DNA of 64,000 bases from Octopus sinensis (taxonomy: Eukaryota), in NCBI RefSeq assembly GCF_006345805.1, contig NC_043001.1, positions 73,284,001 to 73,348,000 on the forward strand, given 5' to 3'. The first letter of the stretch is position 1. Each line of letters opens with the position of its first letter. A program made the position numbers and the translations under genes. Positions 52,238-63,640 of the stretch are shown here, piece by piece. Below the pieces are notes generated by a model. It had not been told where the DNA came from. It made no database searches and saw nothing but the letters and a program-made list of their open reading frames with translations.

Positions 52238-52735
52238 CTATCTGTTTTCTTTAGGGGACCAAAAACGTAACAGAAATTTAGTCACATGTGGGCATGATCC
52301 GAAAAGTTCTGTCCTTGTATTTAGACATGTAGTAGGGTCTAAGCTGCTTTTCCAGATAAGCCATCTCTCCATGTCGCATAGACCACACCTTCCGCTGCTG
52401 TTGGTATAGGGCTTACATCTGGCCAAAATCTTCCATTGTATGTTATAATCGACACCTTTATCTCTTAAAGACCAAATATGATTAGATAATTGTGTCGCTT
52501 TTCTTTTGTTCCAGTGCCTAAAGCTCAAAGTGTGGTTATTGAACCTGGCCTTGAAATTACCCTCTGTAAGGCCCACGTATTTCTTCGTCGAAACGGTGTC
52601 TTTAGTGGTTATAGAGTTTACGGTAGCTTCATATATGATGGTCTTGGACATGCAAGCTCCATTTAATGGGCACGATTCTTTATTCCTGCATGAACAGCTG
52701 TTTTCTTGTGTTTTTTGTATGTTTTTTCTTAATGT
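52238..52735 (-). mobile_element. Penelope-like element, C-terminal GIY-YIG endonuclease fragment (Neptune-type cysteine-rich linker)
   Basis: CSCRNKESCPLNGAC..IIYEATV..KYVGLTEGNFKARFNNH..TQLSNHIW..WKIL..CGLCDMER..LNTRTEL..CPH. Confidence 0.88.
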
Positions 52736-53094
52736 AAGCGTTATTAATAATATTATGAATGATAATAATGGTAACATTTATTGTATTGACAAAGATAATG
52801 ATGCTAATTCAATGACACTTTAGAAATTAGTACTATTGCCTATGTATATTTGCATCTAGGTACTAATATGTGTATGTTTATTATCACAATATTAAGTCGA
52901 AAAACTGAGACGTTGAATGTGGAACATATATATGTTTACTAATTTATATTATTTATTTATATCATTATGTATATGTATATTTTTATATGTATAGGAGTGT
53001 GAGTATATGCACTCATATGTATATGTATATGTTGTATTATGGGTATGTACCCACACCCAAGTGGATATATATGTAGACTGATTTATATTACATA

Positions 53095-53221
53095 ATCTCC
53101 GAAGAGGCCGTATGATATTTTTGTAAATGTCTCATTTATATCTATATATTGACCTACCATAAAAGGCTAATATTGGTAAAATGAGACATACTTATCTACA
53201 TGGCAGAAACAGCTGTAAGAT
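53095..53221 (+). ncRNA. Decayed type-I hammerhead-like motif with a long stem-II insertion
   Basis: ATCT-CCGAAGA-GGCCGT..(~100 nt containing ATGTCTCATTT/AAATGAGACAT)..ATGGCA-GAAA-CAGCTG-TA-AGAT. Stem I ATCT/AGAT; palindromic stem III ACAGCTGT. Confidence 0.55.
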
Positions 53222-53470
53222 GTAATCTATACTTATATTTATATTTACTTATATTTATATTCTCTTATATATATATATATATTCTACTTATTATACATCA
53301 TTACTCTTTTATGTACACTTTTTTATGTTCATTCCTTTATGTACACTGATTTGTTCTGCTTTTTATATGTAACCCTACAGTCTCTTATGTGGTGGTTTAA
53401 TAAAGTATGTGATTGAGTATTATTGTGTAATTGGTATTTGATTTAGATGTATTTCTCCATTTTCTTATTT

Positions 53471-53504
<34 letters not shown>

Positions 53505-53530
53505 AGTACATTATACATATTTTTATATAA

Positions 53531-53943
53531 TCGAAATCGATCAATGGAAATTGCAGATGTGTTACCAGTGCCGGTGGCATGTAAGGGAACCTTCCGTTTC
53601 GTGACCGTTACCAGCGCCACCCCGACTGGCCTCGTGCCGGTGGCACGTAAAAAGCACCATCTGTTCGTGTCTGTTGCCAGCTTCACCTGGCCCCCGTGCC
53701 GGTGGCACATAAAAAGCACCATCCATTCGTGGCCGTTTGCCAGCTCTGTCTGGCACCTGTGCGGGTGGCACGTAAAAAGCACCCACTACACTCACGGAGT
53801 GGTTGACATTAGGAAGGGCATCCAGCCGTAGAAACACTGCCAGATTTGACTGGGCCTGATGAAGCCTTCTGGCTTCACAGACCCCAGTAGAACTGTCCAA
53901 CCCATGCTAGCATGGAAAACGGACGCTAAACGATGATGATGAT
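53531..53943 (+). mobile_element. Isolated RTE 3'UTR with tandem repeats and (GAT)n tail
   Basis: Closely matches 62930-63310. Confidence 0.85.
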
Positions 53944-53989
53944 ACATGTGTGTATGTATATTATATATACATATATATGTGTGTGTATA

Positions 53990-54137
53990 TTTAAAATGTG
54001 AATGCGTGTGTACCGTTGGGGATTTTTTTCCTCTGTCTTCCCTTCTCCTTATGTTTCCGACGAAGAGCTGCACTCGAAACGTTAAACCCTCCTTCTTTCC
54101 TGAATGTCCTCGCGTTGTTGTGTTTTTTTGTGCTTTC

Positions 54138-54140
<3 letters not shown>
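53990..54140 (+). mobile_element. Penelope-pLTR-like repeat with a hammerhead motif at 54053-54087 (core U4>C)
   Basis: GTTT-CCGACGA-A-GAG(CTGCA)CTC-GAAA-CG-TT-AAAC. Homologous to 61620-61800. Confidence 0.65.
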
Positions 54141-54169
<29 letters not shown>

Positions 54170-54172
<3 letters not shown>

Positions 54173-54440
54173 CATTGTGTACAGTGCTCAGGTGCACTAC
54201 AACTCATCTAAAGTGTATATATAATCAGGTGTAGTTTCGACGGATTTCGGAAAGCATGAGGGCCTTAAAGGATGTAGTGTCATGGCAGTCAACAACTGAC
54301 GCAGGCAGTTTATTCCATGCTTCAGCAACTCTGAGCGTGAAGAAATGTTTCCGAAAGTCATGGAAGCTGTGTTGTTTTCTGACTTTGTAGGCATGTCCAC
54401 GTGTGTTAGACACATGGAGATCAAAAAGGTGTTCAGTGTT
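54170..54440 (-). mobile_element. CR1 LINE 3' end
   Basis: NTRGHAYKVRKQHSFHDFRKHFFTLRVAEAWNKLP, same family as 40500-41450. Confidence 0.85.
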
Positions 54441-54471
54441 GTTATTGTTATTCTTGTTTGGATTAACTTTA

Positions 54472-54505
<34 letters not shown>

Positions 54506-54508
<3 letters not shown>

Positions 54509-54891
54509 TTATATATAAAAGAGAGGTTGTGTGTCTGTCTCCTATGATTTAGATTCCTAACTATTCCCACATTTTGCGGTGCAGTTTAACCAAAACCGGG
54601 TATCTTATAGTCGTGATTCATATCGAGCCCTTCTGGGTATTAGCGCGCGTCTACGATGAGTCTACGATTTAAAAAAAAATTACCATCATTTTTTTCCATT
54701 TTAATGCATTTTTTCGGTATTATATAAGGGAAATAACTCTCTAAAAATGTCTACGATGAGTCAACGATTTAAAAAAAAATTTTCCATCATTTTTTTTCCA
54801 TTTTTTTTGCTATTTTTTGGCTATAACTCTCTAAAAATGCTTATATAGTTATTTCCCTTACAAGCCCGAGCAACGCCGGGCGATACTGCTA

Positions 54892-54892
<1 letters not shown>
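54506..54892 (+). mobile_element. Non-autonomous Helitron inserted at A|T in a (TA)n tract
   Basis: 5' TCTTTATATATAAAA, subterminal hairpin GCCCG-AGCAACGC-CGGGC (54864-54881), 3' CTAG, no TSD. Internal ~100-bp tandem duplication. Confidence 0.88.
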
Positions 54893-54944
<52 letters not shown>

Positions 54945-57303
54945 GGTCATTGGACTGCGGTCATGCTGAGACAGCAACTTGAAAAGTTTTGTCGAACAGA
55001 TCGATCCCAGTACTTACTTTTTATGTCTGCTACTTATTCCATCGGTTTATACGAATTTAAGTAATTGTCAGTTTCGTTCGATTAAAAAAGTAAATAAAAA
55101 TTAAGGGGGAGATAACTAGTAAAAAAAAGGAAAGGGATGAATCAATCTTATAGGAATCGTGGAAAAGCTAGAGACAATATTCTTCAGTGGTTGGCACAGC
55201 GTCGACTAATTATGAATAATGTACACCTGTGAAAATTGGATTTCCCCCATGTGGTCTTACTACACGTAGTAACGTTACTGATGGAAGATTATGGCACCGC
55301 AAGCGTTGTTAAAGGAGCAAATCTGTTACTGCTCATATTTCGCCAGTGTTTATATGTAAAAAGTAGTAAAAGTTATCTCCTCCTTAGTTTTTCTTTACTT
55401 TTTAAAATCTAACCAAACTGAACAATTACTTGCGTACATGTGGGTGTGTGCATGTGTGTGTATTTCTCTCTCTCTCTCTCTTTCTCTATGTATACATATA
55501 TATATATATGTATGTGTGTGTGTATAGAGAGAAAGAGAAATACAGGCACACACCCATAAGTACGCACGCGCGCACACTTCACATTTACAAACACTTACAC
55601 ACACACACACAATCACAATCACACATTGCACATACACAAACACACTCACCGCACACATTACCCTCACACACACATACATATAAACAATGATATGGAACAA
55701 ACTTCTTTCGAAGGAGTGTCCATGAAATCGTTTTCTTTAATCTACTTCACATAAATTTTATTTTATTTTACAATTTTACTTCGCCATTATATAAAGACAC
55801 TGTCTTATAACTGTCTTCCTTTTTCTAATATTTCAGAAAATACTCTCTAATGGCGACCGAGGAGGAAGTTTTTAAGCCGTCCTCCATTCGACCTGCAAGA
55901 AATAGTAGTCAGCTACCTTTTAGTCATATGCTGTTGTCTTAATAAATGAAGGCTGCATTTGGATAATGTTGTAATAAGTATGTAAGAAAAAATAGTCGAA
56001 CTTATTTTTTGTATGATTTTGGTCTGGAGGAAAGTGTAATGTCTATGACTAGAAATGTTGATACCAAATAAGTGCAATAATTTATTTCGGCATTCCTATA
56101 GAATGCAGTCAGAAATTATCTAGTACGACAAAAACTACTTTTTTTTTATCTGGATGTTTTCAGAGTCGTAGATTATGAACGTAGAAAATTATTGGTGGAA
56201 ATGATAATTCTTCAAAATTATCCATCCATCTGAATGGCACGCCTTACGAAAAATTACCTCGAATTTTTTTAGTAGTGTGGTTAGCCCGATGATGAGTCAA
56301 AAGGGTTGCTCATGCCAATCCATTTAATAATACATGATGCCGAGGGGGAAACTGGTAGTCCTCTATAAAAAGTTAAAGGGTGCCTCCAAAACACATGCGG
56401 CATTACCGAGGATCGCCATCCTTCAGGACAATGCCTTTTCCGTTTTGACTGCTGGGACCATGAGGTAGCCTGAATTATAGGAAATTGTACGTTTGACTCC
56501 TTAATGTAAAGGGTATTCTTTCAATATAACTCGATAAAATCAAAACACTTTACTTCGGGTATTTCCGTGGAAGCAAATGAGTTCGATTCTGTTTTCTGCT
56601 TGGAAATTTGCGGATTTTACATACACACATGAAACCGGTAAGAACAAATATGCAAGGCTTTTTTTCTTCGAGTCTAAAATGAAACATTGCTGGCATAATT
56701 TTGTTATATCTATACTCCACAACCCACGGAAATACCTAAAGTGAAATGCCCAATCCTGTTGAGCTATATCGAAGGAATGCCATGTAAAGTTACCTCTATC
56801 AACCCATTGCTCTCTTCTGTACATGTATTTCCTCCAGCTCTTCACATGTTGTAAATTCTAAATTACATATTTCAATGGCATACTCTCTGATTTTATTATC
56901 AGACATATCGTAAGCACATAACTGCGAGGCTAAGGAACTGTAATAGCCAGGTACACTCACGTTAGAAGCCACAGGTGGAATAAAAATTAAAATTACTGAC
57001 ATTTTACAGTATTTCAGTGTCTTCTTTCATTCAGTTACGGATACAATCACCTTTCTATATCCACCGAGGCATTAAGAACAAATTATGATGGAACAAATGA
57101 ATCGCCAACGGTGAAACAGCTTCAAGCCAAAGAGTAAAAAAAAAAGAAAAACAGAGGAGTCCTTCAAACCTCTTCCTATAATCCCTGGGGATAATCCCAC
57201 TGGTTCCAAAATAGATATTCATCTTAATAACTGCAGGGGAAAACAGACAAAGATGGATTTCCATGAGATAATGTTCTGGGAGTAATGTTTCGATCTTTGT
57301 ACA

Positions 57304-58312
57304 TGTAGCGTACCCTTAGTGAAATTCATCCTCTCTCTCTATGACATATATAACATAAATGCGGACGTAGCAGATAACAGCTAACCTTCGGCCGCTTGGG
57401 CCTTGTTGTGTCCACTACTCTGATTGGTTGGTCTTGGCACAATTTGTTTCTTGCTGTATTATGCGCCACTGTGCAACCCAGCCAATCACAACCTTACGAT
57501 AAGGTCCCATGACACAGTCTTCTAAATTCTCTGCTGGAGCCTATAATTTGCTATAGAAGCTTCGGCAATTCACTGTATCTCGTCTTTGGTTCTAGTCCTT
57601 CTAAGGACTAACCTCTGACCACAGAGCACCCAGCAACACAGCCAGTTCCAGCGACAGTCAGCGACAGACAACACTTGCAGCATTTTCGGACCTCCACCAT
57701 CGTCGCTTTCATCTTATCAACGCCAACAACTTCTCTATGTACACAGCAACAACTACGCTTTAGTTTAACTTCACGCTGTTTGTGAATACTTCACGATGGT
57801 TAACAGCAAGCTCAACCTGTGAGAATTTCCTGTATCAAGTAACCCGGCACAGCATAGTAGTAGTAACCGGTTCTGCAATTGTCGCCTCAACTTCTTGTAC
57901 AGAGCTCCAACTATTGTGTATTTTACTACGAACTGATATTCATCTTCAACTTGTGTCTGAACATTCATCTAGCGTCCTATTGTAAACACTTTCTATGCTC
58001 TGTATTATATCTTACATGCATACACCCTTGTTTGTACACACATATGCACTATTGTATACATGACGGTCTGTCTATTATTATTGTTATTATATGTACTTAT
58101 GACGCACACACGTACTCACACTCTGCTACCCACATGTTAACATCTAAATAAAACCTTTCTCTTAAACATACTATGATTGTGTCATCTCTCTATTCCTTCT
58201 GGTACTCTTATTCATTTATCCATATTTTGGCTTTTATTGTAAGGTGACCATGTGGTGTTTAAAGGAGTCATTCATTCATTTGTCACCTCTTATTTCGCAT
58301 GGTCGTTCTACA
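57304..58312 (+). mobile_element. Solo LTR (~1.0 kb), probably Gypsy-type
   Basis: TGTAG...CTACA termini, 4-bp TSD TACA (57300-57303 and 58313-58316), two CCAAT boxes (57421-57430, 57479-57488), AATAAA at 58147-58152, no internal coding region. Confidence 0.75.
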
Positions 58313-59424
58313 TACATATAAAATGGCGATTGACAAAGCGAAACATAGTGAAAGTAAAATAATTGTTAATGACAAGTACAAGAACTTGTATCTCTTTTTG
58401 AGTTATTTTACGTCTTTTATGCGACTTTCTGGCAATCTTTCCAACTTAGTGCATAAAAGATGGCAGTCAGAGTGAAACAAACGGCACCGATTGGAAGTGA
58501 AAGGTAAACAAATTATCGATTATATTTAGTACAAATCGGTACTGTATGTAAGTGCATGTGTGAAGTGTTCTTTTGAAATTTGTATATATATAATATGGCG
58601 GATAAAGAAAAATACGCTTTAAACATTTGGTGACAATGAGACAAATTGTCATGCTGGGTAGATCTGTACCTATGTGCAATACGTTTAGCTACGTTTGTTC
58701 ATTTATGTGAGTGTGCATGTGCGCACACGTACGTTACAGAGAATGCTGGATTTGTATCTTTTATCTTTTACTTGTTTCAGTCATTAGACTGCGACCATGT
58801 ATTTATTTTCTTTTTAAACCTTATAATTGTAGTAGCTGTCGTTGGCTGTTGAAGTGCGTGTTATTAAATGGAAAAAACAGTTAGTACGAATCACCATAAG
58901 ACATTTTTGTGTATAAATGTATTGTTTATTTTGTGTTCACCTTTTGTGGTAGAAGCATGTTGTATGATACAAAAACAGGTGTGTTTACATACAAAGAAAG
59001 TTTTGATTTTTTCTTTTGCACTGAAAGAAGTAACATATATTTGTACTACAGTATGTATGTAATGCGACCAGTCATTTTTTGTGATAAAATATCTTCGATT
59101 ACAAACCATATATCTTGTGTTGAGGTGAATAGACTTGTGAGTCGCATGTGAGAAATTGCACATGGAGCTGCAGAGAAGACATGTACCTTTGATCGAAACC
59201 TGATAGGAACTGAGAGTTTTCTACAGTATCAAAGCGAGGCTAGCGTATCAAAGCAAGGCCAGATGCCTCATCAATATATTCGTCTGCTGTGTAGGTCGAC
59301 TCACATATTACTATGTAATATGAAGCTTTGCTACATACTTATTCTATTGGTCTCTCTTGCCGAACTGCTTGCTTAGGGTTATGTAAACACTATCACCAGT
59401 TGTTAAGCTGTGGTAGAGGACGTA

Positions 59425-59456
<32 letters not shown>

Positions 59457-59460
59457 CACG

Positions 59461-60687
59461 CGAGGCTGAACTAAAAAGGGTGGCTATGAAGGAGTAATGC
59501 TAGAGCTGTGAAATCTTGCATGCATTATTTCAACTCATATCAATAATCGCAATGTTTCTTTCCTGGTAAACTGACATCTGACTGTTCAAAGAAGGCTTCA
59601 AAACTAACAAGTTGCAACGTCACTTGAAAATCAACAAAATTTGGTTTTACAGTGTTATCAAGTACCTGCAGAAAGAGGGTTCAGCCCCCAACAACATTCA
59701 TACTGACATGGTTGTTACATTGGGGATGATGCTTCAGTTTTATCAACAGTGCAAAAATGAGCATCTGAATACAGGAGGAGATAAGAGAATCTTGAAGATG
59801 ACCCAACATCTGGTCTTCCTGCAATTGCCACCATCGAGGAAAACATTGATTGTGTTTACACATGCTGATGGATGACAGGCAATTGACTATAAATCAAATG
59901 CCCAAAGCTATTAGGATATCCCATAAAATTGGCATGACAAAGGTTTCTACTTGGTGGGTGCTACATCTTCTGACACCTGATCAAAGGTTGATCACATCAC
60001 AGCAAAAGCTGACATTGTTTCAGGCAAATCCAGCTGGTTTCTTTAAATGTTTTCTAACTCAGGATGGGTGCTGGGTTCATCACTTTGAGCCAGAGTCAAA
60101 GAGACTATTCATTCAATGGAAACACCCCTCCTTACCTGCTCCAAAGAATCCAAGGTCATTTCACCTGCAGAGAAAGTAACAGCCTCAGTTTTTTGGAATG
60201 CAAAACGTATTGTGGATATCTTCAAAAAAGCCATGCCATCAATGGAGAGTACTTTGCAAACTTGCTGAGGCAATTACAAAAGGCTATCAAGACCAAATGT
60301 CCAAGAAAACTGATGAAAGGGTTTTGTTTCACCAGAACAATTCTCCAGCACACAAGTCCCTGGTTTCAATGGCAATTGTGTGAGACTGTGACTTTCAACT
60401 GGTTGATCACCATTCCGATTCTCCTGATTTGGCCCTATCTGACTATCATCTGTTTCCCAACATGAAAAAGCACTTGGCTGGGAACCAGTATCATAATGAG
60501 ATTGATGCCATATCTGCTTTTTTGAGCAAGATAACAAAAGCTTCTTCACCTAAGGAATCCAAACACTGCAACACCGATGGAAGAAATGTGTGGATCACAA
60601 GGAGGACTATGTTGGAAAATAAACCTCATTTGGTCACATTCCATGAGAGTACGCTGGTCAGCCTGTCAACTTTTCAGCTGACCCTTG
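59461..60687 (+). mobile_element. Decayed mariner (DD34D) transposon nested in a family-A SINE
   Basis: Frameshifted transposase: VIKYLQKEG, WVLHLLT, FLTQDGCWVHHFEPE, HQNNSPAH, SPDLALSDYHLFPNMKKHL. Right TIR ..AACTTTTCAGCTGACCCTTG|TA; left TIR partly deleted. Confidence 0.9.
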
Positions 60688-61699
60688 TATATATACGACA
60701 GGCTTCTTTCAATTTCTGTCTACCAAATCCACTCACAAGGTTTTGATCAGCCAGAGGATATAGTAGAAGATATTTGCCCAAGTTTCCATGCAGTAGGACT
60801 GAACTCAGAACCATGTGATTTGGGAGCAAACTTCTTACCACACAGGCATACCTGCACTTATATGTATACCAAAGTTGATCTTGTAGTTTGTTTTTGCCTA
60901 TCTTCTGCCATAAAAACATTTAGTTTGATTAATCTTAATAAACAAAAACACCAAAACAAAATAAATCAACCGCATTTTATATGATAAATGCTTTATTATT
61001 ATTTGTAAACAATTTTCGCTGGTTATGATCATTTGTTTACATTTCAGTTAATTTAGTTCATTTCACTTTGTCCATCATATATGTGCAAAGTTTGAAAGCT
61101 TGTTAAGTCTTTCAATAAATCCATGATAACTTTCAGATAATTATCAACACCTCCATTAACAACTCCCCTAAAATAGAAGATTATAAAAAAACAACACTTT
61201 ATCTGTGAACACGTTATCTTTTATCTTTTGCTAGGAAAATGTCATGATCAGTTAATTTTGTAAACAAAAAATTCTAGAACGAAACTCTACTGGTAAACCC
61301 TAATTAGGCAAAGCAGAGTTATTCCCCTTAAATCGATTCCATTTATGTCCATGACCCCTACTGAAGACATTTGAAGGCAGTAGCATTTTCCTAATCGGCA
61401 AATGGGGAATTCCATGTTTCTAACAGGAATTTCTTCTGATGAGGGCACTAACTAAACATCTCTGTGTGGGACTTTTATGGCATATACATACATAGATAAC
61501 ACAGACACAAAGACACTTCCTGTCCCTCTATTTGTTGTTTTTCCTGTCTGCTTTTGTATTGTCTATCTGTCTGGATGTTTTATTGTCCTCTATTGCGTTT
61601 TGTTCCATTTATAAATAAATATTCAAAATGTGACCACATGTGTGCCGTTGGCGATTTTTTTCCTCCGTCTTCCCTTCTTTGGATCTTTCCTTTTCCTAT

Positions 61700-61734
61700 G
61701 TTTCTGACGAAGAGCTCCACTCGAAACGTTAAAC
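61700..61734 (+). ncRNA. Minimal type-I hammerhead ribozyme with an intact core, in a Penelope-pLTR-like repeat
   Basis: GTTT-CTGACGA-A-GAG(CTCCA)CTC-GAAA-CG-TT-AAAC. Stem I GTTT/AAAC, stem II GAG/CTC, palindromic stem III ACGT, GUU cleavage triplet. Confidence 0.7.
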
Positions 61735-61809
61735 CCTCCTTCTTTCCTGAGCGTCCAGTAATACTATACTTGTTCCATGTCTTCGCATTGTTGTGTTTTC
61801 ATATTTGGA

Positions 61810-63640
61810 TTAGGTGTGGAAACAAGGATTAGAATCGAAGGGCCTCAGAGTCAATCTAGCTAAAACCAAAGTCGTAATCAGTAGGAAGGTAGACAAATCA
61901 CAAACACCTTCAGGTAGATGGCCCTGCTCGATCTGTAGAAAAGGTGTAGGTAGAAACTCTATAAGATGCACCAAGTGTAAGCTATGGACACATAAGAGAT
62001 GCAGCAATGTCAAAGGAAGGCTAACTAGGAAGATGGTTTTTGTATGTGGCAGATGCTCAGGAACAATAAACACTGAAAATGCTCTGAGACCAACTTCCAT
62101 CACTTTCCAGGGAGAAAAACTAGAAATAGTTGATAGTTTCCGTTACCTAGGTGACCAAGTCAGCAGCGGGGGCGGGTGTGCTGAAAGTGTAACTGCTAGA
62201 GTAGATAAGCTTGGGCAAAGTTCAGAGAGCTCTTACCTCTACTGGTGACAAAAGGCCTCTCGCACAGAGTGAAAGCAGACTGTATGATGCGTGTGTACGA
62301 ACAGCCATGCTACATGGCAGTGAAACATGGGCCGTGACTGCTGAGGATATGCGTAAGCTCGCTAGAAATGAAGCCAGTATGCTCCGATGGATGTGTAATG
62401 CCGGTACTCACACTCGGCAGAGTGTAAGTACCTTGAGAGAAAAGCTGGACCTAAGAAGCATCAGTTGTGGTGTGCAAGAGAGACGTTTGCGTTGGTATGG
62501 TCATGTGGCGAGAATGGATGAAGATAGTTGTGTGAAAAAGTGCCATACCCTAGCGGTTGAGGGAACCTGTGGAAGAGGCAGACCCAGGAAAACCTGGGAC
62601 GAGGTGGTGAAGCACGACCTTCGAACTTTAGGTCTCACTGAGGAAATGACTAGAGACCGAGACCTCTGGAAGTGTGCTGTGCGCGAGAAGACCCGCAGGA
62701 CAAGAGTCCATAACCCGTGGCCTTCTACATGGGATGGAGCCAGCCTATGTATGCATACCTTCCCTTCTTGGGACACAAAACTCTACTTGTGAAGACGTGA
62801 TGAGGCAAGTGAGGATCAGAATCGAAATCGATCAATGGAAATTGCGGATGTGCTACCAGTGCCGGTGGCATGTCAAAACTCTGCTTGTGAAGACCCGTTG
62901 AGGCAAGTGACGATCAGAATCGAAATCGATCAATGGAAATCGATCAATGGAAATTGCAGATGTGTTACCAGTGCCGGTGGCATGTAAGAGAACTTTCCGT
63001 TTCGCGACCGTTGCCAGCACCGCCCCGTTTCGTGTCCGTTGCCAGCCTCGCCTGGCCCTCGTGCCGGTGGCACATAAAAAGCACCATCCGTTCGTGGCCG
63101 TTTGCCAGCTCTGTCTGGCACCAGTGCGGGTGGCACGTAAAAAGCACCCACTACACTCACGGAGTGGTTGGCCTTAGGAAGGGCATCCAGCTGTAGAAAC
63201 ACTGCCAGATTTGACTGGGCCTGATGAAGCCTTCTGGCTTCACAGACCCCAGTAGAACCGTCCAACCCATGCTAGCATGGAAAACGGACGCTAAACGATG
63301 ATGATGATGATGATGATGTATGCATGGCTTCTGTGCCGGTGGCACGTAAAAAGCACCATCCGAACGTGGCCAATGCTGGCACCGCCTTGACTCGCTTCCG
63401 TGCCGGTGGCACGTTAAAAGCACCAACTGATCGTGGCTGCTGCCAGACTCCCCTGGCACGTAAAAAGCACCCACTACACTCGCGGAGTGGTTGTTGTTAG
63501 GAAGGGCATCCAGCTGTAGAAACACTGCCAGATCAGACTGGAGCCTGGTGCAGCCTCCTGGCTTCCCAGACCCCGGTCAAACCGTCCAACCCGTGCTAGC
63601 GCGGAAAACGGACGTTAAACGATGATGATGATGATGATAT
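61810..63640 (+). mobile_element. 5'-truncated RTE LINE with a PHD finger in ORF2, a repeat-containing 3'UTR and two (GAT)n-ended tails
   Basis: KGLRVNLAKTK, then C-x2-C-x10-C-x2-C-x4-H-x2-C-x14-C-x2-C, then SFRYLGD, LHGSETW, RLRWYGHV, GRGRPRKTW. One frameshift near 62200. Confidence 0.92.

Noticed and set aside
53856-53880. CTGATGAAGCC-TTCT-GGCTTCA here and at ~63220 looked like a hammerhead start
   Set aside because: No GAAA follows, and the 63545 copy reads CTGGTGCAGCC. It is the RTE 3' stem-loop.
62810-63480. CRISPR-like repeat-spacer array (25-bp repeats with ~30-bp spacers)
   Set aside because: Eukaryotic context, no cas genes, and the spacers are related to each other. It is the tandemly duplicated RTE 3'UTR.
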